From an uncultured delta proteobacterium (GTDB lineage Bacteria > Myxococcota > Myxococcia > Myxococcales > Anaeromyxobacteraceae), in NCBI GenBank assembly GCA_963814585.1, contig CAWFDF010000008.1, positions 224,001 through 288,000 on the forward strand: a stretch of 64,000 nt of DNA, given 5' to 3'. Of the stretch, positions 50,074 through 58,860 are shown piece by piece. Every line of letters starts with the position of its first letter. The stretch's first letter is position 1. Position numbers and translations under genes: made by a program. The notes under the pieces are model-generated. The model saw nothing but the letters and a program-made list of their open reading frames with translations. It did not search any database and was not told where the DNA came from.

Positions 50074-50586
50074 ATGAACATCACGCCCCTCGACATCACC
50101 CAGAAGTCCTTCCGCCGATCCTTCCGCGGCCTCGATTCCGAGGAGGTGGCCGCCTTCCTGGCCCTGGTCGCCAGCGAGTTCGAGGGGCTGGTCAGGGACC
50201 TGAACACCCTGCGCGAGGAGAACCGGCGCTCCTCCGACGAGCTGGTCGAGCACCGGGGACGGGAGCGGGCGCTGCAGGAAACCCTGGTGGCGGCGCAACG
50301 GGCCTCCGAGGACATCCGCGACTCGGCCCGCAAGGAGGCCGAGATCACCATCGCCGACGCCGAGCTGCAGGCCGAGAAGATCATCCAGGGCGCCCACCAG
50401 CGCTTCCTGCGAATCGTCGACGACATCAACGAGCTGAAGCGGCAGCGGGTCCAGTTCGAGGCCGGGCTGAAGTCCCTGGCCGAGGGGCACCTCAGGCTGC
50501 TCGAGGCCTTTCGCGAGCCGGCCGCCAAGGACGAGGCCGTCCCCTTCGCCGCCGGCCGCAAGAGGCTGGCGGGCGACGAGCCGTAG
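50074..50586 (+). CDS. divIVA: DivIVA domain protein
   Basis: MNITPLDITQKSFRRSFRGLDSEEV followed by coiled coil. Confidence 0.9.
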   Translation: MNITPLDITQKSFRRSFRGLDSEEVAAFLALVASEFEGLVRDLNTLREENRRSSDELVEHRGRERALQETLVAAQRASEDIRDSARKEAEITIADAELQAEKIIQGAHQRFLRIVDDINELKRQRVQFEAGLKSLAEGHLRLLEAFREPAAKDEAVPFAAGRKRLAGDEP

Positions 50587-50671
50587 CGGCGCCCGGGGCG
50601 CCGTCGCCCCAAGCTTGGCTCCCCTGAAGGGAGCGCCAGGGGGCGGTCCTTCCATTCGGGGAACTGGCGCC

Positions 50672-53461
50672 TCAGTGGGCCTCGGCCCAGCTCCGGCCGT
50701 GCCCCACCTCGACCAGCAGCGGCACGGCCAGGCTGGCCGAGGCCTCCATCTCGCGCCGGAGCAGGGTCGAGACCCCGGGCACCGCCCCCTCGGCCGCCTC
50801 GACCACCAGCTCGTCGTGGACCTGCAGCAGCATCCGGGCGTCGAGCCGCTCCCGGGCCAGCGCCGCGTACACCCTGAGCATCGCCACCTTCACCACGTCG
50901 GCCGCCGTGCCCTGGATGGGCGTGTTGACCGCGGTCCGCTCCGCCGCCTGCCGCAGCGCCGGGTTGCGGGCCGAGATCTCCGGCATGGGGCGGAGCCGTC
51001 CGAACACGGTCCGGACCTCCCCGGTGCGTCGCGCCTCGGCCACGATCGCCTCCAGCCAGCGCTTCACCCCGGCGTACCGGGCGAAGTAGCGATCGATGAT
51101 CCCCTGGGCCTCTCGTGGCGGCATGTCGAGCCGCTGGGAGAGTCCGAACGCCGAGAGGCCATAGGCGATGCCGAAGTTGAGCACCTTGGCCACGCGCCGC
51201 TGCTCGGGGGTCACCGCGCTGGCCGCCACCCCGAAGGTCTCGGCGGCGGTGCGGGTGTGGACGTCCTCCCCGGTCCGGAACGACTCGAGCAGCGCCGGAT
51301 CAGCCGAGTAGTGGGCCAGGATCCGCAGCTCGATCTGCGAGTAGTCGGCCGAGACCAGCCGCCGCCCCGCCGGCGCCACGAAGGCGGCGCGGATGCGGCG
51401 CGACAGCTCGGTCCGGACCGGGATGTTCTGCAGGTTGGGATCGACCGAGGAGAGCCTTCCGGTGGCCGCTCCCGCCTGGTGGAAGGTGGTGTGGATGCGC
51501 CCGTCGGCCGGATCGACCAGCAGCGGCAGGGCGTCGACGTAGGTCCCCTTGAGCTTGGCGAGCGAGCGGTGCTCCAGCACCAGCCTGGGGAGCGGGTGCT
51601 GCTCGGCGAGCTTCTCCAGCACCTCCACGTCGGTCGAGGGTCCGGTCTTGAGCTTCTTGAGCACCGGGAGCCCCAGCTCCTCGAAGAGCACCTTTCCCAG
51701 CTCGCGGGTCGAGGCCACGTTGAAGGGGTGGCCGGCCGCCTCGGTGAGCCGGCGCGTGAGCTCGTCCATGGCGGCGCCGAACTCGGCGCTCATGGCCTCC
51801 ATGGCCGCCGAGTCGACGGCGATCCCGGCCCGCTCCATGTCCAGCAGCACCGGGACCAGCGGCCGCTCGACGTCGCGGTAGAGCGGTGACAGCTTCACCG
51901 CCCCCAGCTCACGCACCAGCGCGGCCGCCAGCGCCGGCAGCACCGCCGCGCCGGGCCCCGCCCAGGCCGCGATCCGTTCCACCTCGGCGCCCTCGTGGCC
52001 TCCGGCGCCCCGCTTCTCCCCGTCGGTCGGATCCGGCGGCAGCTCCAGGCCCAGCCGCTCGCGCGCCACGTCGGACAGCGCGTGCTCCCTCCGCGTCGGG
52101 ATCAGCAACCGCGACATCAGCTCGGTGTCGTCGCCTGGTGCCGAGAGCTCCAGCCCGAGGCGCGCCAGGCGATGGGCCACCGCCTTCCGGTCATGGGCGT
52201 GGATGGGCCGCTGGCCCTCGAGGATCGGCCGCAGCGCTCCGGCCACCGCCGCGGCCGGGAGCGCCGCCGGCGAGCCCAGGTAGCGGTGGCCCAGCGGCAG
52301 GTAGAAGGCCCGTCCGCCGCCGGCCAGCGCCAGGCCGACCACCGGATCGGTTCGCGGCGCGTGGCCGTCGCCGAGCACCGACAGCCCGAGCTCCGGGGCC
52401 TGGCCCAGCGCCGCCACCGCGGCCGACAGCGCCGCCTCGTCGCCCACCACCTCGGTCCGGGCCGGGAGCTGGAGGCCACCCGGAGCCATCCCGGCCGGCT
52501 CGACCGGATCCGCCGGTCTCGCTTCCTCGGGCCGGGGCCCCGCCGCCCCGCCGCTCGCCCCTCCACCGCCGCCGGCCGCCAGGCCCGGCAGATCGCGCAG
52601 CAGCCGCGTGAAGTCCAGCTCGGTGAAGAGCGCCCTGGCCTTCTCGGTGTCCACGGGCCGACGCGCCAGCTGCTCGGGATCCCACGGGAGCTCCATGTGG
52701 GCGTCGAGGGTCACCAGCCTCCGGTTGAGCCGGAGGCGATCGGCTCCGGCCACGATCTTCTCCTTGAGCTTCTCTCCGCCCCGCTTCACCGCCGCCGGGA
52801 TCTCCTGCGGGCGCGCCAGCATCGCCTCCACCGAGCCGAAGTGGCGGATGAGGGCCGCCGCCGTCACCTCGCCCACGCCCGGGATGCCGGGAACGTTGTC
52901 CACCTTGTCGCCGAGCAGCGCCTGGTACTCGATCACCTGGGAAGGGGGCACGCCCATCTTCTGCTCCACCTCCGCCGGCCCGCTCCAGCCACCCTGGCCG
53001 CGCGCCTCGGCCATCGGGTCGTAGAGTCGCACCCGGTCGTCCACCAGCTGCCCGAAGTCCTTGTCGCCCGTGACGATCACCACTTCCCAGCCATGGCCGC
53101 GCGCGTGCGTGGCCAGCGTGGCGATGATGTCGTCGGCCTCGAACCCCTCCTGCTCCAGGATGGGCACCGAGAGGGCGCGGGCCACCTCGCGGACCAGCGG
53201 GAACTGAGGGACCAGGTCATCGGGCGGCTCGGGCCGCTGCGCCTTGTAGGTGGGGTCCAGCTCGGTCCGGAAGCTGCGTCGGCCGGCGTCGAAGACCATG
53301 GCCACGTGTGTGGGGGCGTGCTCGCGCAGCGCCTTGAGCACCATGTTGGTGAAGCCGAGGACGGCGTTGGTCGGCACGCCCCGTGCGCTGGTGAGCGGCG
53401 GGATGGCGTGGTAGGCGCGGAAGATGAAGCCCGAGCCGTCGATCAGGGTCAGGGTCGGCAC
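50672..53461 (-). CDS. polA: DNA polymerase I
   Basis: LIDGSGFIFRAYHA, TGRLSS.DPNLQNIP, ADYSQIELR, LQVHDEL; GTG start at 53461. Confidence 0.97.
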   Translation of the reverse strand: MPTLTLIDGSGFIFRAYHAIPPLTSARGVPTNAVLGFTNMVLKALREHAPTHVAMVFDAGRRSFRTELDPTYKAQRPEPPDDLVPQFPLVREVARALSVPILEQEGFEADDIIATLATHARGHGWEVVIVTGDKDFGQLVDDRVRLYDPMAEARGQGGWSGPAEVEQKMGVPPSQVIEYQALLGDKVDNVPGIPGVGEVTAAALIRHFGSVEAMLARPQEIPAAVKRGGEKLKEKIVAGADRLRLNRRLVTLDAHMELPWDPEQLARRPVDTEKARALFTELDFTRLLRDLPGLAAGGGGGASGGAAGPRPEEARPADPVEPAGMAPGGLQLPARTEVVGDEAALSAAVAALGQAPELGLSVLGDGHAPRTDPVVGLALAGGGRAFYLPLGHRYLGSPAALPAAAVAGALRPILEGQRPIHAHDRKAVAHRLARLGLELSAPGDDTELMSRLLIPTRREHALSDVARERLGLELPPDPTDGEKRGAGGHEGAEVERIAAWAGPGAAVLPALAAALVRELGAVKLSPLYRDVERPLVPVLLDMERAGIAVDSAAMEAMSAEFGAAMDELTRRLTEAAGHPFNVASTRELGKVLFEELGLPVLKKLKTGPSTDVEVLEKLAEQHPLPRLVLEHRSLAKLKGTYVDALPLLVDPADGRIHTTFHQAGAATGRLSSVDPNLQNIPVRTELSRRIRAAFVAPAGRRLVSADYSQIELRILAHYSADPALLESFRTGEDVHTRTAAETFGVAASAVTPEQRRVAKVLNFGIAYGLSAFGLSQRLDMPPREAQGIIDRYFARYAGVKRWLEAIVAEARRTGEVRTVFGRLRPMPEISARNPALRQAAERTAVNTPIQGTAADVVKVAMLRVYAALARERLDARMLLQVHDELVVEAAEGAVPGVSTLLRREMEASASLAVPLLVEVGHGRSWAEAH

Positions 53462-53897
53462 GCGGGACCATACCGCCACCCGCCGACGCGCGGCAGGGCG
53501 CGATCATTGGTACCAGCGAGAGGCTCCGGGGAGCGGCAGGGCCTCGCCGGCCGGGAGCGAGCCGCGCAGCCCCTTCACCGATCGCTCGAGCGGACTGGTC
53601 GCTGGCGAGCGGGCGCGCCGCAGGCGGACGAGCTCCCCGGCCCGGCGGGGCCCGGCCGCGACCAGCGGAGCCGATGCGCTCTCTACCCGCGGTTCCGGCG
53701 AGCTGCCCCAAGGACCGGCGGGGCCCGCCGCGACCACCGGACCCGAAGCGCTCCCGGAACCTGAGAGAGTGGCGCAGGTGGGGCGCGCTCCGGCGCGGTG
53801 GACCTGGTCTGGTTCGAGACCGAGGAATCCGTGGGTCGGGCCAGGAGGGGTTCCTCGCGGCTTGCGTCGGCGCCACCAGATGCCGGCGCCGCCGCGG

Positions 53898-54404
53898 TCA
53901 GGGCATGACCTTGACCGTCAGCGTGGTCCGCTTGCCGGCGCCGTCCACCAGCACCACCGAGGCGCGCCCGGCCGCGGTGGCGGTGAGCACCACCGCCTCG
54001 CGTTCGGGCCGGACGGTGACGACGCCGCTCTCCTCGAAGAGGACGCGGGCCAGCCCCGGGGCGGGGACCCTCCGCTCCTCCCCCGCCGCCAGCTCGATCT
54101 CGCCGGGCCCGACCACGGCCGCCGAGCCCGCCTTCCTGGCGGCCACCACCGTGACGTCCCAGGACAGCGCGACGCCGTCGTCGAAGACGACCTCCAGCTG
54201 CGAGCGCCCCGCCTTCAGCGCCGTCACCTTGAGCCGGGATCCGGCCGCCTCCAGCAGGAGGATGTCCGCATCGCTCACGCCGAGCTTCGCCACCGGCCGC
54301 GTGAACTCGAGCGTCACCGCCTGCCGCTCCCCCAGGTTGAGCGGCACCGCCGAGGGGGCCGTGGGGGTCACCAGCAACGCCACGGCCATCAGGAGAGCAG
54401 GCAT
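53898..54404 (-). CDS. Secreted protein with pilus-assembly N-terminal (CpaC/RcpA-N-like) domains
   Basis: Signal peptide; two repeats of the pattern V.D..I....LxxTAxxAGRxxL. Confidence 0.6.
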   Translation of the reverse strand: MPALLMAVALLVTPTAPSAVPLNLGERQAVTLEFTRPVAKLGVSDADILLLEAAGSRLKVTALKAGRSQLEVVFDDGVALSWDVTVVAARKAGSAAVVGPGEIELAAGEERRVPAPGLARVLFEESGVVTVRPEREAVVLTATAAGRASVVLVDGAGKRTTLTVKVMP

Positions 54405-54919
54405 CGGATCCTCTCCGCGCAGATCAGGTACTCGTCGCCGTCCTCGATGCGCCTGCGCTCGATGCGCGCGCGGTGGAACCAGGTGCCGTTGGAGGAGCCG
54501 AGGTCCTCGATCCACCAGCCGTCCGGCTCGCGCTGGATGACGGCGTGCTCCCGCGACACCTTGGCGCTGTCGATGACCAGGTCACAGTGGCGGCCTCGCC
54601 CCACCACGAACCGGTCGGCGGTGACGGTGGCCAGCAGCCCGGCCTGGCCCATCAGCCGCAGCGTCGGGACCGGCCTGGCGGCCGGGATGGCCCGCTCCAG
54701 GTCCCTGGCGGTCTCCAGCACCCGCTTCGCGGTGGCGGCGCGCCCGCCACCCTCCTCCGGCGAGGCCTTCCCCTCGGGGATCGCCCCGTGGAAGCGCAGG
54801 AAGGCGTGGACGGCCTGCCGGACCAGCACGTCCCGGTCGACGCCGAGCCGATCCGCCAGGCCCCCGAGCGCCATCCAGAGGTCCTCGGGGATCTGCAGCT
54901 CCCGGAGCGAGCGCTTCAT
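54389..54919 (-). CDS. FHA domain protein with N-terminal ribbon-helix-helix-like segment
   Basis: VVGRG, KVSREHA, DLGSSNGT. Confidence 0.85.
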   Translation of the reverse strand: MKRSLRELQIPEDLWMALGGLADRLGVDRDVLVRQAVHAFLRFHGAIPEGKASPEEGGGRAATAKRVLETARDLERAIPAARPVPTLRLMGQAGLLATVTADRFVVGRGRHCDLVIDSAKVSREHAVIQREPDGWWIEDLGSSNGTWFHRARIERRRIEDGDEYLICAERIRCLLS

Positions 54920-54952
54920 GGCCTCGACGGTCGCACGCCGCCAGCGCCCCGG

Positions 54953-57460
54953 TCAACGGATGGTGGTGGCGTTCTGCGCCGCCGCCGAGGCGGCGAAGTC
55001 GAGCACCATGTTCCCGGTGAAGGTGGCGAACCCGTGGATCCCGTCGGCGGTGGAGCCGGTCGCCTCGGACCGGTCGTGCAGCAGGACGCCGCCGGGAAGG
55101 ACCGCGCCGCTGGTGACGCCCCCGGTGTAGGGAACCCGGACGGACGGGACGAACCCGCTGGCGGTGCTGAAGGTGACGTAGGCGCCGCGGTCGGGCGGGG
55201 CGTAGCCCCCATTGGGCCGAATCACCCCGACCCTGAACGAGACCAGCGGGCCATTGGGCAGCGGGAACACCAGGCTCGCGGGGGGGACCGCCCAGGTGCC
55301 GTAGCAGGCAGGCTCCTTCGCCTCGCTGCACCGGTTGGTCACGTAGAAGAGCCGGCGGGCACGGCGGGCCAGGACCAGCCGCTCGCAGGTGGCCCGGCAG
55401 CTGATCACGTCGGCCTCGCACGCGGCCACCGCCCCGGCCGGCGGCGGCCAGTCCGCGGGTGCATCGGGCATGATGGGGCACGAGAGCAGGTCCTCGTTCT
55501 CGTATCGAACCTGGAACATGGGGATGGTGGTGTCGGTCGGATCGAAGACCTCGACGGGCCGGCCGACGTAGCCGGCCCGCTGGCCTGCCGCCACGTACCC
55601 CCAGGACCGCACCGTCACCCTCAGCGGAGTCTCGGCGCCCGCCGGCAGGCAGGTGGGATTTGCCGGCTCGGTCTGGCCCGGGTTGATGGGCTGGGTGGCG
55701 GCCGGCGTCAGGGCGATGGCGCCTCCGGGTGCGTCCGCGGTCGGGGGCAGGAGCCCGGTGACCACCATCTCGAACTGCCCGAGCGGGCAGACCCCGGCCG
55801 GGAAGCCGCCGAACTCGACGATGTCGAAGGGCTGGATGGCGAGGCGAGGATCGTAGACCCGGACCACGCTGCGCCAGGCCTCGCTGCCGGGCCCGGTCAA
55901 CCCGGTGGCCTCCTGGAGCGCGACCTGGACCGGCGCCTGGGGCGCGCCGGCCGGGACCCTGGCCAGGGCGAGGCGGCTCCCCAGCCCCGGCAGGACCCCC
56001 TGGTAGGCCACCGACCAGGTGTCGTTCGGGGTGAAGCCGGGCGTCACCACCACGCCGAAGGCGGCCTGGATGTCGACGAGCACGACCCACTCGGTCTGGG
56101 TCCCGCTCGGTGGCAGCAGCTGCCAGAAGCCGACGGTGTTGGAGGTCACGCTGGGCGCGTAGGACGCCGACGAGATCACGCGGGCGCGGCTGCTCCCCGT
56201 CAGCGAGGAGATGTCATTGGCGATCGCGAAGTGGGAGAGGTCGGCGAGGTAGACCCGGCCCGAAGACGAGGAGATGCTCGCGATCGACTGGGTCCAGCGC
56301 TTCCCGCTCCCGGGCGCCAGCTCGAGGTAGCCGGGGACGGTGCTGTGGAGCGGTGCCCCGCTCACGGCCAGGTCGACCACCTCCCCGTCCACCTGGAGGG
56401 GAAACTGGAACGGCAGCTCGCCGGCCGGATCGGGCGCCGGCCCTCCCGCCACCGGATCGAGGACGGCGACGCCACACGGCATCGAGCGGTCGCGCCCGCA
56501 AGCCCGGGTGTCGATGGCCGCCAGCACCCTGGGCACCGCGGGGCCGAACTCGTCGAAGTTGGGGACGGAGGCCTCGTAGTTGCTGTCGACGAAGGGCGCG
56601 ACGTCGAGCGCGGCGACCCGCGTGGTCCCGGCGCGCGCGGCGATGGCCCGCACCGGGAAGGGCCCGGGGGGTGAGGTGGGGGCCAGGTCGAGCTGGGCCA
56701 CCCCGAGGACGCCGCCGGCGCCGGGGATGGGATCGATGGTGGCCGCGTAGAGGTACCGGCCGTCGGGCGAGACGGCCAGGTCGAGCGCGGTGAAGCCGGG
56801 GTCCTGACGGGCCGGCGGCCCGAGCTCGATGGCCTCGCCACCTGCCACCCGGGAGGCCTCGATGGTGACGAGGGCCCCGCCGGTCAGCCCCGCCACGATC
56901 CGCGCCGCCCCGGGCCTGACGCGGAACCCACCGGCCCCATCCGGCTCCAGGACCGGCGTCACCACCAGGGACAGCAGGTCCTCGTCGGGCGCCACGCCGC
57001 CGAGGTCGACGGGAGCCTCGACGCGGGTGGCCTCCTCCCAGGTCACCACCGCCTGGAGCACCGCCGCGTACTGGCCGGGGAAGCCGGGGCGCTGGACCAG
57101 GCCGGACGGCGCCACCACCAGGAGATCGGGGCGCGCCAGGGGGTTGAGCTCGGCGTCGACGTCTCCCAGGCGGCCCGCCGCGATGAGCGAGGGCCGGGGC
57201 TCGGTGGGCACGGACAGGGCGGCGACCAGGGTCGGCCCCAGCTCCCCCTGGTCGGTCACCGCGTCGATGATGCGCAGGTCGTCGCCGCGGGTGTTGGAGA
57301 CGGCCAGCAGGTGCCGCAGCACGCCCGGCTGCGAGGCGCCATAGCCGCGGTAGACGGCGATGCCGGTGGGGCCGTTCATCTTGAGGGTCGGCCGGGCGGT
57401 GTTCTTGGCGCAGCCGGCCACGGCCATGGCGACCAGCACGGACGTCACGAGGCGGCTCAC
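54953..57460 (-). CDS. Large hypothetical lipoprotein (835 aa)
   Basis: GTG start overlapping upstream stop; lipobox VAGC; beta-rich, Cys-rich C-terminal half. Confidence 0.7.
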   Translation of the reverse strand: MSRLVTSVLVAMAVAGCAKNTARPTLKMNGPTGIAVYRGYGASQPGVLRHLLAVSNTRGDDLRIIDAVTDQGELGPTLVAALSVPTEPRPSLIAAGRLGDVDAELNPLARPDLLVVAPSGLVQRPGFPGQYAAVLQAVVTWEEATRVEAPVDLGGVAPDEDLLSLVVTPVLEPDGAGGFRVRPGAARIVAGLTGGALVTIEASRVAGGEAIELGPPARQDPGFTALDLAVSPDGRYLYAATIDPIPGAGGVLGVAQLDLAPTSPPGPFPVRAIAARAGTTRVAALDVAPFVDSNYEASVPNFDEFGPAVPRVLAAIDTRACGRDRSMPCGVAVLDPVAGGPAPDPAGELPFQFPLQVDGEVVDLAVSGAPLHSTVPGYLELAPGSGKRWTQSIASISSSSGRVYLADLSHFAIANDISSLTGSSRARVISSASYAPSVTSNTVGFWQLLPPSGTQTEWVVLVDIQAAFGVVVTPGFTPNDTWSVAYQGVLPGLGSRLALARVPAGAPQAPVQVALQEATGLTGPGSEAWRSVVRVYDPRLAIQPFDIVEFGGFPAGVCPLGQFEMVVTGLLPPTADAPGGAIALTPAATQPINPGQTEPANPTCLPAGAETPLRVTVRSWGYVAAGQRAGYVGRPVEVFDPTDTTIPMFQVRYENEDLLSCPIMPDAPADWPPPAGAVAACEADVISCRATCERLVLARRARRLFYVTNRCSEAKEPACYGTWAVPPASLVFPLPNGPLVSFRVGVIRPNGGYAPPDRGAYVTFSTASGFVPSVRVPYTGGVTSGAVLPGGVLLHDRSEATGSTADGIHGFATFTGNMVLDFAASAAAQNATTIR

Positions 57461-58860
57461 GGCTGGATGCTCCCGATGCGAAGTGGCTTCCCCGCCAGGA
57501 GCGTCCCGGCGGGGTGACGAAGCAGGTCGGCGCTGGCCGGCGAGTCCAGCGGCACGCTCAGGACGCTCACCGTCCAGTCCCGGAAGGCGGCCACGTAGAC
57601 CAGGGCCTCGGCGCCGCGGTCCTCGACCGCCATGGCGGTCGGATAGCGCCCGGCCTCCGGGATCCCGGAGGCCTCGTCGATGGTGAGCACCCGGACCACG
57701 GCCTCGACCTCGCCGTCGTAGACGCGGAGCGTCCCGTCTCCGGGGCTCGGCACGACCACGACGTCGCCCAGGCCGGGGCGCACCGGAAGGACGCGCACCA
57801 ATCCGGCCCCCAGGCCCAGGGGGACGATCTGGCGAACCCGCCCGCTGGGCTCCCCGGCGACGCCCTCGTCCAGCTCGACGACCAGGAGGGCCCCGCCGAT
57901 GTCGTACGGTGGCCGCGAGTAGGTGGCCATGGCGTAGGCCTCGTCGTAGATCCGGGCCGCGACGTAGGCGAGGCGGGGGCGGCCGGGCTGGGGGTTGGAG
58001 AGGGCGATGCCCACCAGCTCGGCGCCACGCGCCGAGGTGTAGAGATCCACGGTCTGGACCCGGGGGGTCGGGCAGCCGGCCGCGTCGTGGACGCAGGCCG
58101 GCAGGTTGAGGATGAAGAGCGGTGCGATCAGGCCGGCGAAGCGGCCCACCGCGTAGAGCCGGTCGGTCTCGGCGTCGTAGGCCATGTCGCTCACCGGCCC
58201 GAGCCCGAGCGCGATGGTCCGTGGGCTGGCGCCCATGTTCCCGGCGTCGAACTCGGAGAGCCAGCCCGTGCCGGGCTTGACCTGCCCGACGTAGGGCGAT
58301 CGCAGGTAGCTGAGCCAGACCGAACGCCGGAGCCCGTCGGTGCGGCAGGCCAGGCCGATGGGCGCCGGGTCGAGCAGATCCGGGTCGAGGGCGAACTGGC
58401 ACAGCTTGTCCACCTCGCACGGCTGCACCGAGCCATCGGCGCCCACGGGGAACCGGTAGAGCTTGCGCGTGTAGCGCGACGCCACGTACGCCTCGGGACT
58501 GGCGGTCCAGCCCGGACAGGTGTCGGCGTTGGCCACCGTCACCGGCCCGGCGTAGCTGCCCAGCCGGACCCCCTCCCCGTACTTGACCAGGGCCCCGTCC
58601 GGCCGCCCGGCCGAGCCGCCCGTTCCCGAGGCCTCGTCGTAGAGGCCGGGGTCGACCGACAGCAGCGTCGCACCGGACTCCTTGTCGTAGCGGAGGTCGA
58701 AGTTGGCCGAGACCACCAGCAGCGCCTGGTTGCCACCCGCCGCCGGCGTGAGCGCCAGCCCGGCCGGTGCGAAGAAGTGGTCCATCGGCGGCGGCGTGTG
58801 CGCCACGTTCTCGCCGCACGCCGCCAGCGCCAGCAGGAGGATCGCGGCCGCCGGCCTCAT
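57457..58860 (-). CDS. Lipoprotein, putative beta-propeller (YncE-like)
   Basis: Lipobox LAAC; FFAPAGLAL, VVSANFDLRY, VYVAAFRDWTV. Confidence 0.7.
   Translation of the reverse strand: MRPAAAILLLALAACGENVAHTPPPMDHFFAPAGLALTPAAGGNQALLVVSANFDLRYDKESGATLLSVDPGLYDEASGTGGSAGRPDGALVKYGEGVRLGSYAGPVTVANADTCPGWTASPEAYVASRYTRKLYRFPVGADGSVQPCEVDKLCQFALDPDLLDPAPIGLACRTDGLRRSVWLSYLRSPYVGQVKPGTGWLSEFDAGNMGASPRTIALGLGPVSDMAYDAETDRLYAVGRFAGLIAPLFILNLPACVHDAAGCPTPRVQTVDLYTSARGAELVGIALSNPQPGRPRLAYVAARIYDEAYAMATYSRPPYDIGGALLVVELDEGVAGEPSGRVRQIVPLGLGAGLVRVLPVRPGLGDVVVVPSPGDGTLRVYDGEVEAVVRVLTIDEASGIPEAGRYPTAMAVEDRGAEALVYVAAFRDWTVSVLSVPLDSPASADLLRHPAGTLLAGKPLRIGSIQP

Noticed and set aside
53515..53860. Assigning the structured gap to RNase P, tmRNA, SRP or 6S RNA
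   Set aside because: No diagnostic consensus sequences recognised and not the usual ssrS context; kept only as an unassigned candidate.
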